Shown here: in pieces, positions 56,878 to 64,000 of the stretch
How the letters are laid out: each line of letters opens with the position of its first letter
How positions within the stretch are numbered: the stretch's first letter is position 1
NCBI GenBank assembly: GCA_040218735.1
Contig: JAVJQW010000012.1
Span: 449,940-513,939 of the forward strand
DNA: 64,000 nt
Origin: Deltaproteobacteria bacterium
GTDB taxonomy: Bacteria > Myxococcota > Kuafuiibacteriia > Kuafuiibacteriales > Kuafuiibacteriaceae
Reading direction: 5' to 3'
Made by a program: the position numbers and the translations under genes
The notes under the pieces: model-generated
What the model was told of the DNA's origin: nothing
Database searches by the model: none
The model's input: only the letters and a program-made list of their open reading frames with translations

Positions 56878-56890
56878 TCCTCTATCCGGC

Positions 56891-57343
56891 ATGATGAACG
56901 ACCTGACCAAGATCCTCGTGCCCGTCGCGAACGACGAAACGTCGCCGCACGTGCTCGAGCAAGCCTACGAGCTGGCGAGTCGCTACGACGCCGACGTGGA
57001 GCTGCTCCACACGTGGCTCGTGCCGGTCACGCCGCACGCCTACCCACGCGCGATGCCCGCACCGCTGGCCGGCAACCACTTCGAGACCGCCGCGAAGCGA
57101 CACGTCGCCGCGCTCCTCGACGAGCGCCCGCCGCCCCAAGGTGTCTCCGTCACGCCGGTCGTCGAACGCGGCTCGCCCGCGGACGCGATCCTCAATCACG
57201 CAGAGCGCGCCGATCTGATCGTCATGGCCACGCACGGACGCACCGGCCTCGAGCGTGTGTTGATGGGCAGCACCACGGAGGAGGTCGTGCGCCGCGCGCC
57301 GTGCCCGGTGCTGACGTTCCGCGCCGAAGCCCTCCCGAGCTGA
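56891..57343 (+). CDS. Universal stress protein (UspA family)
   Basis: KILVPV, GSPADAIL and ADLIVMATHGRTGLERVLMGSTTEEVVRRAPCPVL. Confidence 0.95.
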   Translation: MMNDLTKILVPVANDETSPHVLEQAYELASRYDADVELLHTWLVPVTPHAYPRAMPAPLAGNHFETAAKRHVAALLDERPPPQGVSVTPVVERGSPADAILNHAERADLIVMATHGRTGLERVLMGSTTEEVVRRAPCPVLTFRAEALPS

Positions 57344-57363
57344 TCGAACCCCACGAACGCGAG

Positions 57364-57401
57364 AGGGCGCGCTCGATCGAAGGATCGAGCGCGCCCTTTT
57401 T
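57364..57401 (+). terminator. Intrinsic terminator
   Basis: AGGGCGCGCTCGATC-GAAG-GATCGAGCGCGCCCT followed by TTTT. Confidence 0.9.
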
Positions 57402-57423
57402 CCGTCAGCATCGAACGCGTGGT

Positions 57424-58479
57424 TCAGCCACGGACCTCGATCGAGTCGACGACCCGATCCAAGCCGAGTGCATCGAGGTGGACCTTCAACCGCTCGACCG
57501 AAACGCGCTCTTTCGAACGCCCCGTCAGCACCGCGATCGGTCCGAAGACACTCACGCGAATGCCCTCGTGGTCGACGAGGTGCGCGTCGACGATCGCCTT
57601 CGCGCGCTCGGCGCGACCGCGATCCTCTTCGCTCTGCGCGCTCGACACCGTCATCAGGTTCTCGATGTCGCGAACACCACGCACGCCGACGATCGAGTCC
57701 ATGATCCGCTGGCGCTCCGGTTCGTCACGCACGGTACCCGCCACGATGAGCCTCCCGTCCCGGGCGCTCACCCCCAACGTGTCGAGCGCGACGCCGGGCG
57801 TGTGCGCGAGGCGCGCGCGGGCGCGACGCGCGAGCGCCGCGTCGGTGGTGACGTCGACGTCGAGGAGGATCCCGTCGAGCTCCCACCGCTCGAGCCCCGG
57901 GACCAAGCTGAGGTGCCGTTCGACCTCACGGCGCTCCGCGTACGACGCGAGGACGCCGGTGAGCGTCGCGACGAAATCCGTGACCGAGACGTGCGGCGTG
58001 AGCTCGTCGACGATCGCGTCGAGCCGGGCTTCGAGCGAACGCGCGAGCGCATCGTCGGCCGCCGACGGATAGCCGGCGCGCCGCATCGTCGAAGCGTAGG
58101 CGCGGATCGTCGCCGCGAGGAGCGGCCCCTCCGTCGGCCACGCGAAGACGGCGCAGGCGCCCGCGCTGAAGAGGGCCCGCGCGTCCTGCGTCGCGTAGCC
58201 GTCCCCGACCAACACGACGACCGGGACGCGATGCGTGCGCCCGTAGGTCGCGAGCCGGAGCGTCTCGTCGCGCAAGGACCCTCGCACGCCGAAGCCCGCG
58301 ACGACGATCGCCGTGAGCCCCGGGTGCAGCATCGGCATCGCGCCGCTCGCGGTGTGCGCGGTGGCCAGGCTCGGCGCCCCGTCCACTTCGAGCGCCGCCC
58401 GGACCCGGTCGGTCGCCGGCGGAGATCCGACGAGGACGAAGTCTGTGCGGCGAGCGTTGCGGCGGGCAGGATCGGTCAT
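57424..58479 (-). CDS. Degenerate receiver-like domain fused to BON domains
   Basis: N-terminal HRVPVVVL..ALFSAGACAVFAWP (receiver-like, no phospho-Asp or Lys), then BON-like repeats (VSVTDFVATLTGVL; VSARDGRLIVAGTV..VRGVRDIENLMTV; VSVFGPIAVLTG). No signal peptide. Confidence 0.75.
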   Translation of the reverse strand: MTDPARRNARRTDFVLVGSPPATDRVRAALEVDGAPSLATAHTASGAMPMLHPGLTAIVVAGFGVRGSLRDETLRLATYGRTHRVPVVVLVGDGYATQDARALFSAGACAVFAWPTEGPLLAATIRAYASTMRRAGYPSAADDALARSLEARLDAIVDELTPHVSVTDFVATLTGVLASYAERREVERHLSLVPGLERWELDGILLDVDVTTDAALARRARARLAHTPGVALDTLGVSARDGRLIVAGTVRDEPERQRIMDSIVGVRGVRDIENLMTVSSAQSEEDRGRAERAKAIVDAHLVDHEGIRVSVFGPIAVLTGRSKERVSVERLKVHLDALGLDRVVDSIEVRG

Positions 58480-58510
58480 CGGTTGGCTTCGCTTCATGGC
58501 CGTTGGGTTT

Positions 58511-58526
58511 TGCAACGGGCGTTCCG
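58511..58526 (-). promoter_or_regulatory. Putative sigma-54 promoter of the BON gene
   Basis: The minus strand reads CGGAACGCCCGTTGCA (GG-N10-GC, with TTGC at -12). It is divergent from an NtrC-type activator. Confidence 0.6.
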
Positions 58527-58621
58527 ACCGAAGTGACGCCCGACCGGGCCGCACCGACGAGGCGAAACGCCACGCCCGCACAGCAGACTTGACCTCGCGT
58601 AGCCCATCGTCGGACTCCCCA

Positions 58622-59986
<1,365 letters not shown>

Positions 59987-60044
59987 CCCGTCGCCCGCGC
60001 AGATCTCTAGACGGCCGGCCGAATCGCTGAAACTATCAGCGCTC

Positions 60045-61643
60045 GTGGCGGATGAGAGGCACCAGACCGCCTACATCATCATTCACGGGCCGGGGCACGA
60101 CGGTACGCGCTTCGTCCTGCGCGAGGGCATTACGTCCTTTGGTCGCCTCCCCTCCAACGACATGGTGCTCCTCGGCGACCTCGTCAGTCGCCACCACACC
60201 CGGATCGCGTTCTTCGAGGGGCGCGCCACGATCCAGGATCTCGGCTCGCACAACGGCTCTTGGGTCAACGGCGAGCGCGTCACGACCCGCGTCCTGAAGG
60301 ACGGCGACATCTGCCGGATCGGGAACTTCCGCGTCTCCTTCCACGCGGGGCCCCTGCCCGACGGGACCTCGCGCCCGTCCTTCGAGGAGACCACCAACGC
60401 CGAGACGAGCGGGCGCAAGAGCACCACCGACCGCACGCCGCACGTCCCGCCCGGCTCCAGCGAGTCGGTGATGCTGCAACAGTTCCAGCAAGCGCGGACC
60501 GGCATCGGCACACACGCCAAGGCGATGCAGGTGCTCCTGCGCGCGAGCGACGCCCTCGCGGCGGCCACCGACCTCGAGAGTTACACGCAAGAGATGTTGC
60601 GCCTCGCGCTCGACCAGACCGAAGCGCAAACCGCGGCGTTCGTGAAGCGCGACCCTTCCGGCAAGCTCGCCGTCGCGGCGACGCGCACCGCGCAGCGCGG
60701 ACCGGGCCACGGCGACGTCCTGATGCGCGTCGTGCACTGGACGATCACCAAGAACTTCGGCCTGACCTCCGACGACGTCTCGACCGACATCCGCTTCGAA
60801 GGTGAGCGCGCGCGTGGCCCGCTCGCGGCGCTGTCGGTGCCCGTCGGCGACGAGGAGCACGGCGTGATCGGCGCGATGTACCTGTCGCGCGCGGCGCCCG
60901 CATTCCACGACGGCGACCTCGACGTCACGTCCGCGGTCGCCCACCTCATGGCGACGGCGATGACACGCGCACGGTTCTTGGACAAACAGACCAGCGCCAA
61001 CGCCGACGTCCTGGAGCGGGTCCTCTCCCCCGACGTCGCCAACGTGGTGCGCGGTCAGCTCGACGCCCCCGAGGCGAGCGGGCTCGAAGGCAAACGCGCC
61101 ACCGTCGTGGTCGCGGACATCCCCGATCTGTCCGCCCAGTCCGAGCGCACCACGCCGACGGAGATCTCGCGGTTCCTCTCCGCGCTCCTGGATCGTGCGC
61201 ACGAGATCGCGCGCCGTCAGAAGGGGACGCTGGTCCCGGACGCCCAAGGCCAGCTCCTGTTCGTGTTCGGCGCGCCGCGCGCCTACGGGGACGACCCTGC
61301 GCGCGCGATCCTCGCCGCGCTGGAGCTCCGTCAGGCCGTCGACCAGCTCGCCGCGAGCAGCCCCGCCCTCGCCCAACGCCCGCTGCGCGTGGGGGTCGAG
61401 GCCGGCTGGCTCCTCGCGGGCCCGATCGGCGGGCCCCGGCGCCTCACCTACGCGGTGCTCGGCGACGTCGTCGACGCCGCCCGCGAAAACGCCCAACGCG
61501 CCGCCCCGGGGGTGATCCTGGTCGGCGAAGCCGCCGCCAAGCTGGTCGCCAGCCACTTCGACATGCGCAAGTACGCCGTCGAGGCGGTCCGCGGGCGACC
61601 GACGCCCCCCCTGTACGAGGTGGTCGGCGCCAAGCGGCGGTAG
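60045..61643 (+). CDS. FHA-GAF-class III nucleotidyl cyclase-like protein (catalytically degenerate)
   Basis: FHA motifs FGR..VSRHH..DLGSHNGSWVNG, a GAF-like middle and cyclase-fold remnants VVADI, FVFGAP, LRVGV and YAVLGD. Confidence 0.85.
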   Translation: MADERHQTAYIIIHGPGHDGTRFVLREGITSFGRLPSNDMVLLGDLVSRHHTRIAFFEGRATIQDLGSHNGSWVNGERVTTRVLKDGDICRIGNFRVSFHAGPLPDGTSRPSFEETTNAETSGRKSTTDRTPHVPPGSSESVMLQQFQQARTGIGTHAKAMQVLLRASDALAAATDLESYTQEMLRLALDQTEAQTAAFVKRDPSGKLAVAATRTAQRGPGHGDVLMRVVHWTITKNFGLTSDDVSTDIRFEGERARGPLAALSVPVGDEEHGVIGAMYLSRAAPAFHDGDLDVTSAVAHLMATAMTRARFLDKQTSANADVLERVLSPDVANVVRGQLDAPEASGLEGKRATVVVADIPDLSAQSERTTPTEISRFLSALLDRAHEIARRQKGTLVPDAQGQLLFVFGAPRAYGDDPARAILAALELRQAVDQLAASSPALAQRPLRVGVEAGWLLAGPIGGPRRLTYAVLGDVVDAARENAQRAAPGVILVGEAAAKLVASHFDMRKYAVEAVRGRPTPPLYEVVGAKRR

Positions 61644-61704
61644 GATGTGATCGACCAACGCCGGAAATGACGGACGCGCGATCCGTGGTTTCATTGGAGC
61701 AGAC

Positions 61705-63486
61705 GTGGCCGACGACGCAGCCCAGACGCCGACCTCAGAGGCGAAGGAGCCCCCCGAGCTCCCGACGTTCGAGAACTACGACGTCTTCGAGCACATCGCC
61801 ACGGGCGGCATGGGCTCGATCTACACGGCGATGCGCCACGGCACGACGAAGCTCTGCGTCATCAAGACCCTGAACGCGAACTACGCCGAGAACGAGATCG
61901 TCTTCGCGCGCTTCCTCCGCGAGGCGCAGGTCGCGGCGCTCTTCGATCACCCGAACATCTCGCGTCTCTCCGACGCCAAGCTCGAGGACGACCAGCTGTT
62001 CATCGCGATGGACTTCATCGCGGGGCAGGACCTCGAAGCGCTGATGCACAAGCTCATGCGGGAGAAGAAGATGCTCCCGCCGGCGCTGTCGCTCACCGTC
62101 GCGGAGCAGGTCCTGCGCGGCCTGCACTACGCGCACGAGTTCAAGACCGGCGACGAGCACCTGCAGGTCGTCCACCGCGACCTCTCCCCGCGCAACGTCA
62201 TGCTGACGTTCGACGGCGGGATCCAGATCATCGACTTCGGCCTCGCGCGCGCCGACGTCGGCCGCTTCCGCACCGCCGCGAAGATGGTGATGGGCACGCT
62301 GCGCTACATGTCGCCGGAGCAGGCGCTCGGTGAGCGCGTCGATCGGCGCAGCGACATCTACACGCTCGGCACGGTGCTCTACGAAAACCTCAGCGGCCGC
62401 CCGTTCATCCGCAGCGAGAAACACGCCGACGTCCTCCCGGAGATCCTGCAACGACAGCCCCGCCCCTTCGAGGACCTGAACGTCGACGTGCCGCCGGGCA
62501 TGACCGAGGTCGTCCTCAAGGCGATGCACAAGGACGCGCGGCAGCGGTTCCAGACCGCGGAAGAGTTCCGCCAAGCGCTCGTCGCGGCGGCGGGCCCGCT
62601 CGCCTCCACGCCGCCGAACCACATCGGCGACTTCCTCAAGCAGCAGTTCCCGGCGGAGCACCAGGCGGCGATGCGGAGGATCTTCGAGGTCGAGAGCTCC
62701 GGCGCCGACTCGACGCTCCCGCGCGACGCGCCGGAGCTGATCCACACCAAAGTCGGTGCTGCGCCGCTCCCCGGCGAGGACGTGCCGATGCCGTCCGTCG
62801 ATCTGCCGCCCGAGGACTCGGGGCAGTTCGAGCGGACGCAGTCCGTCGACCGGGCGGTGCTGGAGCTGGAGACGTCGAGCGACGCGATCCTGTCGCGCCC
62901 CTTCCACCCGGGGCCGCCGAAGAAGAAGCCGTCGCGCGCGGTCGTCGCTGCGGCGGCGCTGTCGGTGGTCGCCGTCGTCGCCGTGATCTTCGTGGTGCGC
63001 GCCGGTCCGACGGAGGCGACCGAGGAGCCGACGAAGCCCGCGGCGCCCCCGCCGCCGTCGAAGGTGGTCGCCCGGAGCGCGCCGCAGCCCGAGCTCGTCG
63101 CGCCGCCACCGCCGCCGCCCGCGAAGAAGACCCGGGGCGCGACCAAGCGGCGCGACGTGGAGTCGACGCCGCCTCCGCCGGCGGCGCCCCCTCCGCCGGT
63201 GGCGCCGCCGCCGAAGCCGAAGCGCGTCGTGCTGCGGGACATCGAAAAGGAGATCAAGCTCGCGGGATCCCTCGAGCTGTCGATGGCGGAGCGGCAAGCG
63301 CACGTCGAAAAGGCCCTGCTGAGGATCGAGGCGCGCGCGAAGAAGGCGCTCGACAACGACTCCGACCACTATCTGAACGTGTCGCTCTGCGCGAAGGACG
63401 GCGTCACCATGCAGGTCGGCGCCGACGGCGCGCGGGAGTGCCTGCGACTCCTCACCCAGGCGCTGAAGGAGGCGCCCGCACCGTGA
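61705..63486 (+). CDS. Membrane Ser/Thr protein kinase
   Basis: TGGMG, CVIK, HRDLSPRN, DFG and YMSPEQ motifs, a TM helix, a poly-Pro linker and a small helical C-terminal domain. Confidence 0.93.
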   Translation: MADDAAQTPTSEAKEPPELPTFENYDVFEHIATGGMGSIYTAMRHGTTKLCVIKTLNANYAENEIVFARFLREAQVAALFDHPNISRLSDAKLEDDQLFIAMDFIAGQDLEALMHKLMREKKMLPPALSLTVAEQVLRGLHYAHEFKTGDEHLQVVHRDLSPRNVMLTFDGGIQIIDFGLARADVGRFRTAAKMVMGTLRYMSPEQALGERVDRRSDIYTLGTVLYENLSGRPFIRSEKHADVLPEILQRQPRPFEDLNVDVPPGMTEVVLKAMHKDARQRFQTAEEFRQALVAAAGPLASTPPNHIGDFLKQQFPAEHQAAMRRIFEVESSGADSTLPRDAPELIHTKVGAAPLPGEDVPMPSVDLPPEDSGQFERTQSVDRAVLELETSSDAILSRPFHPGPPKKKPSRAVVAAAALSVVAVVAVIFVVRAGPTEATEEPTKPAAPPPPSKVVARSAPQPELVAPPPPPPAKKTRGATKRRDVESTPPPPAAPPPPVAPPPKPKRVVLRDIEKEIKLAGSLELSMAERQAHVEKALLRIEARAKKALDNDSDHYLNVSLCAKDGVTMQVGADGARECLRLLTQALKEAPAP

Positions 63487-63863
63487 GCCTGAAGGATCGC
63501 CTGTTCAACATCGCGCGTGCCGAGCTCACGGACGCGGCCCGCCGCTTCCGGGAGGGCACGCGCGGCTTCCTGGATCCGGACGACCTCGACGTCGAGGACA
63601 TCCCGATTCGCGAGGGCTACACCCCGCCCCCCTCCGCGACGCCGAAGGAGACCGCCTTGATCCGCCGCTACTATGCGAACCTGGAGCTCCCGATCGGCGC
63701 CTCCGCCGCCGAGGTCAAGGCTGCCTACCGCCGCCTGATGCGCCGCTACCACCCGGACCGGCACGCGACGGATCCCGCGCGCACGCAGGTCGCCAACGAG
63801 CTCGCCCAGGAGCTGCGCAAGGCCTACGAGGGGCTCCTCGAGTACCTCGGCGCCAAGGACTAG
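63483..63863 (+). CDS. Small J-domain (DnaJ-like) protein
   Basis: GTG at 63483 overlaps the kinase stop. YYANLEL..EVKAAYRRLMRRYHPDRH contains the HPD motif. Confidence 0.9.
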   Translation: MSLKDRLFNIARAELTDAARRFREGTRGFLDPDDLDVEDIPIREGYTPPPSATPKETALIRRYYANLELPIGASAAEVKAAYRRLMRRYHPDRHATDPARTQVANELAQELRKAYEGLLEYLGAKD

Positions 63864-64000
63864 TCACCTGCGTCAGTGATTGCTTGCGTATGTCGCGAGC
63901 CGAGTTTCGTGCCTGGTGCCCGCGTGAGGAGGGCGCATACCGGGCGTACGCAACCGACGAGAGCCGAAGGCGGCGCGGGCAGCAGGCGCGAAAGGCGGCC
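63860..64000. repeat. Palindromic MITE/REP-like intergenic element, truncated by the window edge
   Basis: Begins at CTAG in the upstream stop codon. Arms TTTCGTGCCTGGTGCCCGCG (63905-63924) and CGCGGGCAGCAGGCGCGAAA (63974-63993) are near-perfect inverted repeats. Confidence 0.55.

Noticed and set aside
56768-56890. Cobalamin riboswitch upstream of the BtuB-like gene
   Set aside because: The gap is too short and I could not find the conserved GGGAA / GCCACTG B12-box elements.

Overview
A very GC-rich, densely coding 64-kb window, most consistent with a myxobacterium (Myxococcota). Supporting signs are three Hanks-type Ser/Thr kinases, many Cys-rich lipoproteins, a myxobacterial disulfide repeat and a MYXO-CTERM-like tail. 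About 45 real genes can be picked out of the many antisense shadow ORFs. From left to right: (1) a minus-strand envelope cluster of a PEGA-type Ser/Thr kinase, a 7-copy palindromic REP/BIME-like array, a TonB-dependent receptor with a duplicated N-terminal TPR module, a three-repeat lipoprotein, a TPR protein, a small OM barrel, a c-type cytochrome lipoprotein and a CARDB/Ig protein; (2) a lower-GC two-gene islet of a secreted unknown protein and a ComEC-like MBL hydrolase; (3) a Tat-exported intradiol dioxygenase, a two-component pair and a VWA protein; (4) a GT-C glycosyltransferase followed by Cys-rich lipoproteins; (5) an orphan single-module Gly-specific NRPS (C*-A-T-TE); (6) ftsK, a kinase and lolA; (7) an aldehyde dehydrogenase and a site-2 protease; (8) a surface-protein operon ending in a large zinc metalloprotease; (9) a btuB/btuG/btuF-like uptake cluster; (10) a sigma-54 USP/BON/NtrC stress module; (11) an FHA-GAF-pseudocyclase, a kinase and a J-domain protein; (12) the start of a palindromic MITE-like element at the right edge. 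The best candidate for an undescribed system is a trans-envelope signalling relay. Two paralogous membrane kinases end in the same YxxNPY-COOH peptide, and one of them sits directly upstream of an outer-membrane receptor carrying two periplasmic TPR (peptide-binding) modules. All calls come from reading motifs by eye; no database searches were run.
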